Counted from the first letter of the stretch, positions 16,574 to 27,613 are shown. The stretch: DNA of 64,000 nt from an uncultured Acidobacteriota bacterium (GCA_963827655.1 CAWHCF010000050.1:64001-128000), one strand, 5' to 3'. A program made the numbers and translations. Notes: a model not told the origin generated them from the sequence alone.

Positions 16574-19500
16574 ATGAGAACGTATCGCCTTAGCTGTGGA
16601 ACCGTAATCCTGATTCTTGCCCTGGCGGCCACGCCGTGTCTCGCGCAGTTCACCACGGCGAACCTGGGAGGCACCGTCGTGGATGCGACCGGCGCTTCGA
16701 TGCCGCAGGCCAAGGTTACCGTGCTGAACCAGGACACCGGCTACACCAGAACCGATATGACCGCCCCGGACGGGGCGTTCTCGTTCCCGGCGCTGCCGGT
16801 CGGCACCTACCGGCTGACGGTGGAGCAGACGGGCTTTTCCACGTATGTGCAGGAAGGCATCACCCTGACGGTGAACCAGGTGGCCAGTCAAAAGGTGGTG
16901 TTGCAGGTGGGATCCACCGCGCAAGAAATCACCGTCCAGGCGAACGCGGCCATGGTCAACACCCAGTCGGCGACGATCAGCCAACTGGTGAGCCAGAAAC
17001 AGCTGACCGACCTGCCCCTCAACGGGCGCGGTGCGCAAGCGCTCGTTCTCATCGCCGTCGGTACCGTGGACGCGACGCGCGTTTCCGGGATCCTCGGTCA
17101 GGGCGGCATCTACGGAGGGAACCTGTATTCCAGCGAGCAGATGGCCGGCGTGAACGGCGGCGGCACCGGGAACGTGAATTACCAAATGGACGGATCCGGT
17201 CATAATGACACCTATGTGAACATGAACCTGCCCTTCCCTAACCCGGACGCGCTCCAGGAATTCAACCTGCAAACCACCAGCATGTCGGCCCAGTATGGCG
17301 GCGGCGCGGCGGTAGTGAACATCGTCGCCAAGTCGGGGACCAACTCGCTGCACGGCAGCGTTTTCGAATTCCTCCGCAATGGGGCGCTGAACGCGCGCAA
17401 TTTCTTCTCGCCCACGCAGGACACCCTGAAGCGCAACCAGTTCGGCGCCGCCGTCGGCGGTCCGATCAAGAAGGACCAGTTGTTCTTCTTCGCCACCTAC
17501 CAGGGCACGCGGATCCGGACGGCTCCCTCGGGTATCATCACGTTCGTGCCTACCGCGGCCGAGCGCAACGGCGATTTCTCCACCACCACGACGCCCCTGG
17601 TCGACCCCATCACCCGGACGCCGTTTCCTGGAAACCAGATTCCTGTGAGCCGGTTCAGCGGCCCGTCAAAGTACTTCCTGGAAAGGATTCCGCTGCCGAA
17701 CGGTCCGGGTACGCAGTTGACCTTCCTCGGTCCGGCATCCACGCCGAACGACGACCAGTTCATGCCCAAGATCGACTGGGTGCTCGGCAAACACAGTATC
17801 AGCGGGCGGTATTTCTATACCAAGTTCAAACAGCCGTCGGACTTCTCGCAAGTGAAGCAGAACCTCCTGGCAATGGACCGCAACGGCAACGAGGTGCGCA
17901 TCCAGACGGTGGCATTCAATCACACCTTTACCGCCTCTCCGACGCTCATTTTCCAGAGCTGGTTCGGCTTTGACTCGCAGGTGGGCGGCTCACGATCCGG
18001 CATCGAGCCCGGATCAGACATCACGTTCCCGGCGGCGGGAGTGAAGATCGAGGGAGGAGCGGAGGGGATTCCCCCGGCGATCGAAGGTCTGAGCGTTACC
18101 GGCTTCTTCAGCGCCGCCAGCAACCACTTCGGCGATTTCAACCGCGGCGACTGGACCATCCGCGAATCGGTGACCAAGGTGAGGGGCTCGCACGAGTTGA
18201 TCTTCGGAGGCGAGATAGTGCGGCTGCTGCAGGACATCACCAATACCAACACGCAGTCGGGGAGCTTTGGCTTTGGGGGCCGGTTCTCAGGGTCGAACAT
18301 GGCGGACTTCATGCTGGGTGCGGCGAGCACCTTCACGCAGGGCGCCGGGCAATATCAGAACATGCGGGGGACGAAGTACAGCCTGTTTGTGCAGGACAAC
18401 TGGCGCGTTAGCCCCAGGCTGACCTTGAACCTCGGCCTGCGCTGGGATCCGTTCTTTCCCTATACGGAAATCAATAACCGCGTGCCCTGTTTTGCTCCGG
18501 GACAGCAATCGACGGTGTACGTCAATGCGCCGGTGGGCATTCTCTACGGCGGCGATCCCGGATGTCCATGGGGAAAAGGAGCGAAGATGGAGGCCCTGAA
18601 CTTCGCCCCGCGCGCCGGATTCGCCTACCGCGTCGGCCAGAAAGCGGTGATCCGCGGCGGCGCCGGGATCTATTACATGATCCCGCCAAGCCGGATTTTC
18701 AACGGGCCAAACGGCGTCGCGCCGTTCATGCCTAGATACCAGTTGACCGCTAATCTCCGTTTTGAGGATCCCTACGGCAGCTTCGGCATGGCAAATCCGT
18801 TTCCGGCCGAGTACGTGGGCGACAGCGGCGCAAGCGTGCCCAAGGACGTCCCGATCACGGTCCCGACCCAGATCTACGGCTCGTTCACAGGCCTTTACCG
18901 GGTGACTTCGTTAGGCACATGGAACCTGACCGTGGAACGTGAGGTGGGGACCGACTGGCTGCTGAGCGCGGCTTACGTCGGCAGCGGCGGGTACCATCTG
19001 CCGGGAACCTACCAGATGAATCCAGCGACCTACATTCCCGGAGCGTCGACAGTAGGAAACACGCAATCGCGCCGTCCGTACCAGGGTTTTACGTCGGTGA
19101 GCCAGACCTATACCGACTTCAATTCGCAATACCACTCGCTCCAGTTGAACGTGGAGAAGCGATTCAGCAAGGGGCTGTCAGCGCTGGCCAATTACGCCTG
19201 GGCCAAAACCATGGACGACTTCGGGACCACGATTCCTCTCCTGGGACGTGAATTCCACCGCGCCGCGGCGAGTGAGCATGTCCCGCATATCTTCCACTTG
19301 ACGACGATCTGGGCTGTTCCCGCACCGGAGGCGCAGGGGTTCGTCGGCAGGCTGCTTCAGGGCTGGGAGCTGACCTCGCTCACCACCTGGCAGAACGGGT
19401 TCCCCTTCACCGTGGGGAGCGGAGTAGACAATTCCCTCAGCGCTGTAGGCGGCGACCGGGCCGATTTCATTGGCACCGATCTGAACCAGGCGAAGCTCAG

Positions 19501-19816
19501 CGGGCAATCGCATGGCGAGATGGTCAATCAGTACTTCGACACGGCGCTGTTCGCGGTCAACCCGATCGGCACGTTTGGCAACGCAGGAAGGAACAACCTG
19601 CGGGGGCCGAGTTACTTCAATACCGACCTGGGTATCATCAAGGACACAAGAATCACCGAAGATACCAGGCTGCAGTTTCGCGCCGAGTTCTTCAACCTGT
19701 TCAACAACGTCAACTTCAACAACCCCGGAACGACGGTCGGCACGCCGGCTTACGGGAAAATCACCTCGGCCCGGGATCCCCGGATCCTGCAATTTACGTT
19801 GAAGTTGATGTTCTAG
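16574..19816 (+). CDS. TonB-dependent receptor, acidobacterial Oar-like with carboxypeptidase-regulatory domain
   Basis: Signal peptide, [48 protein letters not shown]-terminal PRILQFTLKLMF. Confidence 0.93.
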   Translation: MRTYRLSCGTVILILALAATPCLAQFTTANLGGTVVDATGASMPQAKVTVLNQDTGYTRTDMTAPDGAFSFPALPVGTYRLTVEQTGFSTYVQEGITLTVNQVASQKVVLQVGSTAQEITVQANAAMVNTQSATISQLVSQKQLTDLPLNGRGAQALVLIAVGTVDATRVSGILGQGGIYGGNLYSSEQMAGVNGGGTGNVNYQMDGSGHNDTYVNMNLPFPNPDALQEFNLQTTSMSAQYGGGAAVVNIVAKSGTNSLHGSVFEFLRNGALNARNFFSPTQDTLKRNQFGAAVGGPIKKDQLFFFATYQGTRIRTAPSGIITFVPTAAERNGDFSTTTTPLVDPITRTPFPGNQIPVSRFSGPSKYFLERIPLPNGPGTQLTFLGPASTPNDDQFMPKIDWVLGKHSISGRYFYTKFKQPSDFSQVKQNLLAMDRNGNEVRIQTVAFNHTFTASPTLIFQSWFGFDSQVGGSRSGIEPGSDITFPAAGVKIEGGAEGIPPAIEGLSVTGFFSAASNHFGDFNRGDWTIRESVTKVRGSHELIFGGEIVRLLQDITNTNTQSGSFGFGGRFSGSNMADFMLGAASTFTQGAGQYQNMRGTKYSLFVQDNWRVSPRLTLNLGLRWDPFFPYTEINNRVPCFAPGQQSTVYVNAPVGILYGGDPGCPWGKGAKMEALNFAPRAGFAYRVGQKAVIRGGAGIYYMIPPSRIFNGPNGVAPFMPRYQLTANLRFEDPYGSFGMANPFPAEYVGDSGASVPKDVPITVPTQIYGSFTGLYRVTSLGTWNLTVEREVGTDWLLSAAYVGSGGYHLPGTYQMNPATYIPGASTVGNTQSRRPYQGFTSVSQTYTDFNSQYHSLQLNVEKRFSKGLSALANYAWAKTMDDFGTTIPLLGREFHRAAASEHVPHIFHLTTIWAVPAPEAQGFVGRLLQGWELTSLTTWQNGFPFTVGSGVDNSLSAVGGDRADFIGTDLNQAKLSGQSHGEMVNQYFDTALFAVNPIGTFGNAGRNNLRGPSYFNTDLGIIKDTRITEDTRLQFRAEFFNLFNNVNFNNPGTTVGTPAYGKITSARDPRILQFTLKLMF

Positions 19817-19835
19817 GGTTCTTGGCGGTTCTGCC

Positions 19836-20002
19836 GAGTCTTTGAGTCCTGGTGGTTGGTTTTCGTTCACCGCGTTAACCACGAAGCCACGAAGACACAA
19901 AGAAACGCGAAGCGGCGTTTGGCTGCCACCAAATACTCGCCACGGATTCCACGAATTTTCACGAAATCTAAACTGGCTCCGTGAAATTCGTGTAATCCGT
20001 GA
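19836..20002. repeat. Two adjacent nonamer-periodic inverted repeats
   Basis: GAGTCTTTGAGTCCTGGTGGTT...TAACCACGAAGCCACGAAGACACAAAG, then CCACGGATTCCACGAATTTTCACG...CCGTGAAATTCGTGTAATCCGTG. Confidence 0.7.
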
Positions 20003-20054
20003 CAGAAGCTTTCGCGCCACTGGACGTTGGAGTGATGAAGAACCGCGAGGATCG

Positions 20055-22049
20055 TTGCGCGATGTCCGCAGCAGAGCGGCAGGGGCCGTGCTGGTGTTAG
20101 CGTGTGCCGCCTACGTGTCGGGTCAGACGGAGTCGAGACAGCTCGTCCCGATGCTCGAAGAGCAGATCCAAACTCCGGAGGTGACTGCGTACCAGTTGCG
20201 GCGTTTTGTCCTGAACAGGATTGCGAAGCTCCCTGCGCCGGCGTCCCCCGGGCAGTGGACGGCCGAGGCGAAGCAGTTACGCCAGCGCGTTTTGAACGAG
20301 GTCGTGTTTCACGGCTGGCCCAAGGAATGGGTTGACGCGGCGCCGCGGTTCGAGGATATGGGCTCGATTCCCACCGGCAAGGGTTACCGGATCCGCAAGT
20401 TGCGCTACGAGATCGTGCCCGGGTTTGCGAGCACCGCCATCCTCTATGAGCCCGAAGTGATGAAGGGCAAGGTTCCGGCCATCTTGAATGTCAACGGACA
20501 CGTAGGGGCGCCAGGCAAGGCGGTCGAATACAAGCAAAAACGGTGCATCAATCAAGCCCTGAGTGGAATCATCGCGTTGAACCTGGAATGGCTGGGCTGC
20601 GGCGAATTGTTCCAGAAGGGAAACGAGCACGCATTCGGCGCCCATCTGGATCTTGCGGGCGCCAACGCGGTCGGCCTCTTCTATCTCGCAATGCGAAAAG
20701 GTCTGGACTATCTGTATCAGCACCCTGCCGTCGACCGAGACCGCATCGGCATGACTGGTTTGTCCGGAGGCGGATGGCAGACCATCGTGCTGAGCGCGCT
20801 GGATGAACGGATCAACACTGCGGTACCCGTGGCCGGCCACGCGTCGTTCTTGTCGCGCCTGGAACGCGCGACCGACATCGGCGACATCGAGCAGAACCCC
20901 ACCGACATGTTCGCCTCGATCGACTACGCCCATCTGGCCGCCATGCGGGCGCCACGTCCCACCCTGCTCATCTACAACGCCGAGGACAATTGTTGCTTCC
21001 GCGCGGCGTTCGTCAAGCGCGAAAACTTCGACGCCGTGCTTCCTTTTTTCCGGCTCTTCGGCCGGGAAGACAGTCTGGCCTGGCATGAAAACACCGACCC
21101 CTCCGATCACAATTATCAGCTCGACAACCGGCTCCAATCCTATCGATTCTTCGGGAAGCACTTCGGGCTTCCGGCAGCGAGCGAGGAGATTCCTGCGGGG
21201 GCCGAGGTCAAGAGTTTCGAGGAGCTGGCGGTCGGACTTCCTGATGGGAACCTTACCATTATCGACCTCGCCAGGAAGCTGGCGGAAAGAGGAGTAAGGG
21301 CGGTGGATTCATCCGGCGAGCCTGCGCTTCGCGAATGGCGCGAGCGGCAGAGCAAACTTTTGAAGGAGACCGTGCGGTTCCGGCCAGTCGAACTCGAGCG
21401 GGCCTGGATCGCGGGCAATACCAAACGAAAGGGGCTCGAGACCCTTTCTTACCGCCTGGAGTTCAACAACGGACTGAGCGCGGCAGGAACCTGGTCAAAG
21501 GCGATTGCATCCCCGGAGCGCGCGCCGGTCACCATCGTGATCGCCGATGGCGGGAGAAAAACTTCCTCGGCAGAGGTCTCGGCCCGCGTGAATCGTGGCG
21601 AACAGGTTCTGGCGCTCGACGTACTGTTCACGGGCGAAATGGTGCCCGGGCCAAGAGCCTCGGGTTTCGTCAATCTTTTCGCCACCCTTGGTGAGCGAGC
21701 CCTGGGCATTCAGGCGGCGCAACTCATAGCGGCCGGCCAATGGATGAGGACGCTTTCCGGTCAGGGTAATGTCAGGATCGAAGCTTCAGGAATGAGAACC
21801 CAGGTGATTGCGCTGACGGCGGCTGCGCTGGGACCCGGAGTCTTTTCGGAGGTTCTGGTCAGGAACGGCATTCAGTCGCTGCGACATTTGTTCGATGCCC
21901 CGGTGGAGCCCCGCGCCGCCCCTGAACTGTTCTGCCTCGACCTCTACAAGGGGTTCGACATTGATGCGCTGACGAAGCTGTCGTCGCCACCGATCGTCCG
22001 CGCGGAGCCGGCACACACCGCACCAAAATCCGGTGCAAAGCAGCAATAA
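20055..22049 (+). CDS. Secreted alpha/beta hydrolase, acetylxylan-esterase-like
   Basis: GMTGLSGGG nucleophile elbow, NGH, DIEQ, APRPTLL. Start uncertain; the ORF-track extension from 19842 runs through repeats. Confidence 0.78.
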   Translation: MRDVRSRAAGAVLVLACAAYVSGQTESRQLVPMLEEQIQTPEVTAYQLRRFVLNRIAKLPAPASPGQWTAEAKQLRQRVLNEVVFHGWPKEWVDAAPRFEDMGSIPTGKGYRIRKLRYEIVPGFASTAILYEPEVMKGKVPAILNVNGHVGAPGKAVEYKQKRCINQALSGIIALNLEWLGCGELFQKGNEHAFGAHLDLAGANAVGLFYLAMRKGLDYLYQHPAVDRDRIGMTGLSGGGWQTIVLSALDERINTAVPVAGHASFLSRLERATDIGDIEQNPTDMFASIDYAHLAAMRAPRPTLLIYNAEDNCCFRAAFVKRENFDAVLPFFRLFGREDSLAWHENTDPSDHNYQLDNRLQSYRFFGKHFGLPAASEEIPAGAEVKSFEELAVGLPDGNLTIIDLARKLAERGVRAVDSSGEPALREWRERQSKLLKETVRFRPVELERAWIAGNTKRKGLETLSYRLEFNNGLSAAGTWSKAIASPERAPVTIVIADGGRKTSSAEVSARVNRGEQVLALDVLFTGEMVPGPRASGFVNLFATLGERALGIQAAQLIAAGQWMRTLSGQGNVRIEASGMRTQVIALTAAALGPGVFSEVLVRNGIQSLRHLFDAPVEPRAAPELFCLDLYKGFDIDALTKLSSPPIVRAEPAHTAPKSGAKQQ

Positions 22050-22080
22050 CCACGAAGACGCGAAGGATTGGCATTTCAGA

Positions 22081-23136
22081 TTAACGACTTCGGACCACCG
22101 TGATCCGTCCCGGTTCGCCTGATTCTATACGACCAATTACTGCTGCCTTTACCTCGGCATTGCCAAACGCGTCGAGCATGGCCCCAGCGTTCTCAGCCGC
22201 CACCGCTGCCAGCAATCCACCAGAGGTTTGCGCATCGGCGAGTATCAATTGATCTTCCTTGCCAAGGCTCTCTTCATAACTCACCCAATCCGCAAGAAAC
22301 CTCAGGTTCGCGTGCGTCCCGCCGGGCGCGATGCCTTCGCGCACATATTTCCAGGCGGCGGGCAAGACAGGCACATCCTCCAGCCATACCTGCGCGCTCA
22401 CGTGGCTGGCGGCCGTCATGTTCCGCAAGTGGCCCAGCAGGCCGAATCCGGTCACGTCCGTCAGCGCATGTGCGCCGATCGCAGTGATAACTTCGGCCGC
22501 CTTGCGGTTGAGCGTGGTCATGAGTTCCGTTGCTTCACGAACGGCGCCGAGTTTGTCCTCGCCGAGCTTGGCGGCGGTGACGATAATCCCTATGCCGAGC
22601 GGCTTGGTCAGGATCAGGAGATCTCCCGGCTTTGCCCCGGCATTCGTGATCATGCGCTGCGGGTGAACCGTACCGACCACCGCAAGCCCGTAGATCGGCT
22701 CTTCGGTCTTGATGGTATGACCGCCGACAATGTCGATCCCGGCTTCGTGCGCTTTCGCCGCCGCGCCGCGCAGGATTTCGCCCAGGACGACAGGAGGCAG
22801 CGCATTTTCAGGGAAACCGACCAGGTTCAATGCGGCCAGAGGCCGCCCGCCCATCGCGTAAACATCGCTCAACGCATTGGCAGCTGCCACTGCCCCGAAA
22901 TCATACGGATGATCCACGATCGGTGTGAAAAAATCCGTGGTCAACACCAACGCGAGTTCGTCACTCAACTTGTAGACCGCGGCATCATCGGCAGTAGCGC
23001 TGCCTACGAGTACGTTCGGGTCAGTGAGGCCAGGCAGTGTGCCGAGGAGGGGCAGGAGATAACCGGGCGGGTGCTTCGCCGCGCAGCCACCGCGCTTCGC
23101 CAGTTGCGTCAATCTGATCTCATCGAATTCTGTCAT
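22081..23136 (-). CDS. selD: Selenide, water dikinase (selenophosphate synthetase), Cys type
   Basis: RLTQLAKRGGCAAK, DDAAVY, TTDFFTP, NALSDVYAMGG, GGHT, TDVTGFGLLGH, DAQTSGGLL. Confidence 0.96.
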   Translation of the reverse strand: MTEFDEIRLTQLAKRGGCAAKHPPGYLLPLLGTLPGLTDPNVLVGSATADDAAVYKLSDELALVLTTDFFTPIVDHPYDFGAVAAANALSDVYAMGGRPLAALNLVGFPENALPPVVLGEILRGAAAKAHEAGIDIVGGHTIKTEEPIYGLAVVGTVHPQRMITNAGAKPGDLLILTKPLGIGIIVTAAKLGEDKLGAVREATELMTTLNRKAAEVITAIGAHALTDVTGFGLLGHLRNMTAASHVSAQVWLEDVPVLPAAWKYVREGIAPGGTHANLRFLADWVSYEESLGKEDQLILADAQTSGGLLAAVAAENAGAMLDAFGNAEVKAAVIGRIESGEPGRITVVRSR

Positions 23137-23256
23137 CGTCTGGTATCCTTGCAGATAGGATGGAAATCTTGCCCCGGCGATGCCGGGCGATCCTTAAAGC
23201 GAATCAGTCGGTGAGATCCGATTCAGAGCCAGGTTGAAATTCCTATGCGGGGCGGC

Positions 23257-23667
23257 TTACTCGGCAGTGAAATTCGCGCGCAGAGTCAGCTTGAATGTCC
23301 GACGCTCAGGATCATTCGTGGTGACATCGGCGGTCTTCTCGACTTCGCCCTTGTACCCGGCGGTGTCTTCGATCTTGAGGGTGATGCTGCCTTCTTTGCC
23401 CGGAGATACGACTTTGTCAAAGTTAGCCGCAGTGCAGCCACAGCCCGGTCTGACATTCTTGATCTCCAGGTCGGCCTGGCCGTCATTGCGAATTTTAAAG
23501 GTGTGAGTCAACGGCGTTCCCGGTTTGACATTCCCGAACGAATGCTCCGGCGCTGCGATCACGAGCTTCGGCCCGGCAGGAGAAGCCTTGGCCGGTTGTT
23601 CGAGAGTTATGATTGAAAACATTCCGAGCAACGAGGCCAGCAGCATCAAGGTGCCTTCAGTTTTCAT
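23257..23667 (-). CDS. DUF1573 domain protein (Ig-like, CGC motif)
   Basis: Signal-like N-terminus, HSFGNV..G....HTFKIRNDG..DLEI..VRPGCGCT, TTNDP. Confidence 0.8.
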   Translation of the reverse strand: MKTEGTLMLLASLLGMFSIITLEQPAKASPAGPKLVIAAPEHSFGNVKPGTPLTHTFKIRNDGQADLEIKNVRPGCGCTAANFDKVVSPGKEGSITLKIEDTAGYKGEVEKTADVTTNDPERRTFKLTLRANFTAE

Positions 23668-24138
23668 TTGGACCTCCTCAAAACCCCCTCGCGTTAATAA
23701 TCCGCGATCTCAAAAACAAACAATAACTTTCGGGATACGATCAGCTCTACTGTCTGTTCAGCATCTCCAAGTACGTAACAAATTCTACCTCAGGGAAAAG
23801 GCCACAGTTGTGAAATTCTCAGAAAAGTCCTGGTCGGGGACGCCCAGAATGTCAGCTGGAATTGAGTGCGCCGATACCGAATCATTTGCAGGGCATTTTG
23901 TTTGAACGCAGGGAACGCCTTACCAGCCGATATTGTTTTGGCGTAAAATCCCGATTTGCTGATCGGTCATCGGGGACTCTGGACCGTTGCCGATGGGTCG
24001 ATCTACCTAAAAACTATTCTCTCTTGTTAGTGATGATCTGTATCGATTACCTCATGTATTACTTGAATGAAGTCGCAAGCCCCTTCCAGCCGGCAGGAGC
24101 ACACGCCTGGCCTGTTTCTTTATCAACGGAGGTCTGTC

Positions 24139-26175
24139 ATGTTCAAGAGAACGATCATTCAACTGATCTTCACTTTCACGTTGGTCCTGACAGCAAATGC
24201 GCAGAAGCGCATACCGGCGGTTGACGATCTGATCAATGTCAAATCTCTCTCGGGCGCGCAGATTTCGCCTGACGGAAAATGGGTCGTCTATACGGTCGAT
24301 GAGACGGACTGGAAGCAGGACGCTTATATCACTCACCTATGGCTGGCCAACGCGGCAACGGGAAGGACTCTTCAACTCACGCGAGGCGAGAAATCCTGCA
24401 GTTCTCCGCGATGGTCTCCTGACAGCGCCTGGATTGCCTTCACGAGCAATCGCATCGGGGACAAAAACCAGATCTTCATTATCCATCCCGATGGCGGCGA
24501 AGCGATTCAATTAACCAAAGTCGAGAATGGGGTCAACTCCTACGCCTGGTCTTACGACGGCCGCGAGATTGCTTTTGCATCGAACGACATTGACTCCAAG
24601 ACTTCCAAGGAGCGCAAGGAACATCTCGGTGACTTTGAAGTTGTGCGGAAGGAGTACAACCACTCGCAGATCTGGACCTTCGCATTAGCCGAGGCTCTGA
24701 AGGCGCCTGTCACCGGCACGCAGCGCACCAAGGGGAAAGATTTGAGTGTCGGTTCGTTCTCATGGGCGCCGGATGGGAAACGGATTGCCTTCAGCGCGAC
24801 GATCAATCCGGATTTTATAAATAACGCAACCTCGGACATCTACCTGCTGAACCTCTCGGATAATTCGATCAAAGAATTGGTTGCGCAGCCCGGTCCGGAT
24901 AGCAATCCGCGCTGGTCTCCTGATGGCAAACAGATTGTATTTTCTTCAGCCATGGGAAATCCCAGGTTCTTTCACGCCAATTCGCGGCTCGCGGTTATTT
25001 CGATTGATGGCGGCACACCGAGATCCGTCACGGATGCTTTCGATGAACAACCGGGATTTGTCGAATGGAATGCCGACGGTATTTACTTCGGTGGTTTGCA
25101 GAAGACCGCCGCCCACCTTTTTCATACCGATCCGGCGACGGGCAAGATCAAGCGTGTCACCTCTCCCGATAACCTGATGGCCGGGGGATTCTCCTTCACC
25201 AAAGACGGGAAACAGATCGCTTTCACCGCAGCCTCGCCGAACTCCGTCAACGAGGTCTACATCGCATCAATCACGAGTTTTTCGCCGCGCAAACTGACCT
25301 CGATGACCGATCTGGTCAAAGATTTTTTGATTGGATCGCGCGAAATCATTTCGTGGCAGAGCAAGGACGGCGCGACCATCGAAGGTGTATTGATCAAACC
25401 CGCCGACTTCGATCCATCAAAGAAGTATCCGTTGCTTTGCATTATCCACGGCGGCCCGACCGGAATTGACCGTCCGGCGTTGCTCGATACGCGTTATTAC
25501 CCTTCGGAGATCTGGGCCAGTCGCGGTGGATTGATCTTGAAGGTGAACTATCGTGGCAGCGCAGGGTATGGCGAAAAATTTCGTCAGCTCAACGTGCGTA
25601 ACCTGGGCGTTGGCGATGCGTGGGACGTCTTGTCCGGCGTCGATCATCTGATCAACCAGGGGTGGGTCGACCCGAAGCGCGTGGGCTGCATGGGCTGGAG
25701 TCAGGGTGGATACATCTCGGCTTTTCTGACTACCTCGACCGACCGCTTCGCGGCGATATCGGTCGGCGCCGGGATTTCAAACTGGGCGACCTACTACTAC
25801 AACACCGACATCACTCCCTTTACCATCCAGTACCTCGGCAATAACCCCGCCGAAGACGGGGAAATTTATGCCAAGACCTCGCCGATGACCTACATCAAAA
25901 AGGCCAAGACTCCGACTCTGATACAACACGGCGAGTTCGACAAGCGCGTGCCGATACCGAACGCTTACGAACTGCGACAGGGACTGGAAGATCGCGGAGT
26001 GAAAGTCGAGATGATCGTCTACAAGGGCTTCGGGCACGGCATCAACAAACCTAAAGCGATGCGTTCAGTCATTCAGCATAACCTGGCATGGTTCAATCAT
26101 TATCTCTGGGGCGATCCATTGCCAGATTTCAGCAAACCCGAAGTGCCCAAGAAGGAAGAGGAACGGAGTCCATGA
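24139..26175 (+). CDS. S9 family peptidase (dipeptidyl aminopeptidase/acylaminoacyl peptidase) with PD40 repeats
   Basis: Signal peptide, WSPDG repeats, IHGGP, GWSQGG, HGEFDKRVP, GHG. Confidence 0.92.
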   Translation: MFKRTIIQLIFTFTLVLTANAQKRIPAVDDLINVKSLSGAQISPDGKWVVYTVDETDWKQDAYITHLWLANAATGRTLQLTRGEKSCSSPRWSPDSAWIAFTSNRIGDKNQIFIIHPDGGEAIQLTKVENGVNSYAWSYDGREIAFASNDIDSKTSKERKEHLGDFEVVRKEYNHSQIWTFALAEALKAPVTGTQRTKGKDLSVGSFSWAPDGKRIAFSATINPDFINNATSDIYLLNLSDNSIKELVAQPGPDSNPRWSPDGKQIVFSSAMGNPRFFHANSRLAVISIDGGTPRSVTDAFDEQPGFVEWNADGIYFGGLQKTAAHLFHTDPATGKIKRVTSPDNLMAGGFSFTKDGKQIAFTAASPNSVNEVYIASITSFSPRKLTSMTDLVKDFLIGSREIISWQSKDGATIEGVLIKPADFDPSKKYPLLCIIHGGPTGIDRPALLDTRYYPSEIWASRGGLILKVNYRGSAGYGEKFRQLNVRNLGVGDAWDVLSGVDHLINQGWVDPKRVGCMGWSQGGYISAFLTTSTDRFAAISVGAGISNWATYYYNTDITPFTIQYLGNNPAEDGEIYAKTSPMTYIKKAKTPTLIQHGEFDKRVPIPNAYELRQGLEDRGVKVEMIVYKGFGHGINKPKAMRSVIQHNLAWFNHYLWGDPLPDFSKPEVPKKEEERSP

Positions 26176-26432
26176 GGCCGGGTAGCGATCATGGCGGTGC
26201 CCGCAATCCGCCGAAATCCAGGCTTGGGGCAAGGCCCTGAGAGTGCTTGTTCGCGACCGAATGTCACGCGGGTTCCGGCTTGGAGCAATCGCGATGCCTG
26301 GGCTCGATCAATCGCTCCCGGTCGGCTTATCAAGAGCTGCGGCGGCTGGCGAGGCCGGCGGCACGGGAGCTTCCGGACACGCTCCAGGCGCGGCCTGGCG
26401 GCGGCCGGTCCGTGCCGCCGCTGATCAGAAAC

Positions 26433-26868
26433 CTACAATGACGTGACGCGCAGGCGGCGATGCATGACGTAGAAAGCGATCCAGAAGCCAATTGCCGCGA
26501 CAAGACTGAAGCCCGCCACTACCGGCGCATCGCTCCACATAGACCATCTGATCTTTTCAGTGTCCTCCGAACCGGACAGGCGGATCACGAAGGAAAACGG
26601 CAGCATCGTGAAGAACATCGCCAAAGCCCATCAGCCAACTTCGAAGTCTAATCATTTTTTTTGTCCTTTCGAGAGTTTTGATTTCATGTTCCGCCGGCAA
26701 CTCCACCGGGAGCGCGTCAAACGGCATCCGGGTCCCTTCGGAAACCTCGCGGCCAAACTCCGGATCCTGCTTCAGAAATTCCTCGACCAGCCTTTTCGTG
26801 TCGCTGCTTGCTTCCCCCGCTTGATAGAGAGGGATGAGGTCGCGTATCACATCGCGGGTAATTTTCAT
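26433..26868 (-). CDS. Membrane anti-sigma factor (zf-HC2-like N-terminus); frameshift near 26625
   Basis: MKITRDVIRDLIPLY..GEAS.DT..LVEEFL followed by two TM helices in the second frame; span is 3n+1; directly downstream of the ECF sigma. Confidence 0.75.
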
Positions 26869-26883
26869 CTCCGCCTCCTCGTT

Positions 26884-27354
26884 CTAGGCTCCAATCGCGG
26901 CTAACTTGAGCCGAGCCCTGTGAATCTTCACCTTGACGGCAGCCAGCGACAGGCCCAGCACTGCGGCGATCTGCTGATACGAAAGTCCATCATCGGCCCG
27001 CAACAACAGGGCGCTGCGATCCACTTCAGGCAGCTCCTGCAGGGCCCTCAGGACCAGGCCAAGCCGTTCCTTTTGTGCTGCCGCCAGCTCAAGATCGGGT
27101 GACGGTGAGGCTATCGCGTCGCTGAGTTCCGTGGCCCGCGCGCGCCGCCTGCATTCCTTCAGATATAGATTGCGAGCGATTGTCAGAAGGTAGCCCTTCA
27201 CCGTCTCGGTACGAATCGGCTCGGGACTGTTCAGACATAACATGAACGTTTCCGACGTGATGTCCTGCGCCAGCGCCGGGTCACCCGACAGGTAGAGCGC
27301 AAAGCGATAAACGTCCCGGGCGTATCGTTGGTAAAGATCGGAGAAGCTGATCAT
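26884..27354 (-). CDS. ECF RNA polymerase sigma factor
   Basis: AQDITSETF, YLLTIARN, LSYQQIAAVLGLSLAAVKVKIHRARLKL. Confidence 0.92.
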   Translation of the reverse strand: MISFSDLYQRYARDVYRFALYLSGDPALAQDITSETFMLCLNSPEPIRTETVKGYLLTIARNLYLKECRRRARATELSDAIASPSPDLELAAAQKERLGLVLRALQELPEVDRSALLLRADDGLSYQQIAAVLGLSLAAVKVKIHRARLKLAAIGA

Positions 27355-27410
27355 GGCCGCTCTTCACGTTGTTACATAGACAATAGCCGGAAGGGACGGA
27401 AAAGTTACAG

Positions 27411-27575
27411 CAATGACAAAGGACTAAACCATTGGTCATTTTTCATTTGTCATTTTTCATGTTGTCGATTCGCTGGATGGCGCGATATTGATGCCATGCC
27501 CGAATGCAGATACCAAGAAATGACCAATGACATGCAATGAAGTACAATGACCAATGATCCAATGACCAATGACAT
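27411..27575. repeat. Heptamer (AATGACC/AATGACA) arrays in inverted orientation
   Basis: CATTGGTCATTTTTCATTTGTCATT...AAATGACCAATGAC...AATGACCAATGAC; similar array at 29216-29251. Confidence 0.65.
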
Positions 27576-27613
27576 ATATGTACTGACTGCTCGGCTTCCG
27601 GCGAATGCACGGC

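Noticed and set aside
19842-20054. N-terminal extension of the 735-aa ORF
   Set aside because: It translates intergenic nonamer repeats (TTKPRRHK, HGFHEFSR); a signal peptide begins further downstream.
23080-23095. Possible selenocysteine codon in SelD (and in the DUF1573 CGC motif)
   Set aside because: The codons are TGC/TGT (Cys), not TGA.
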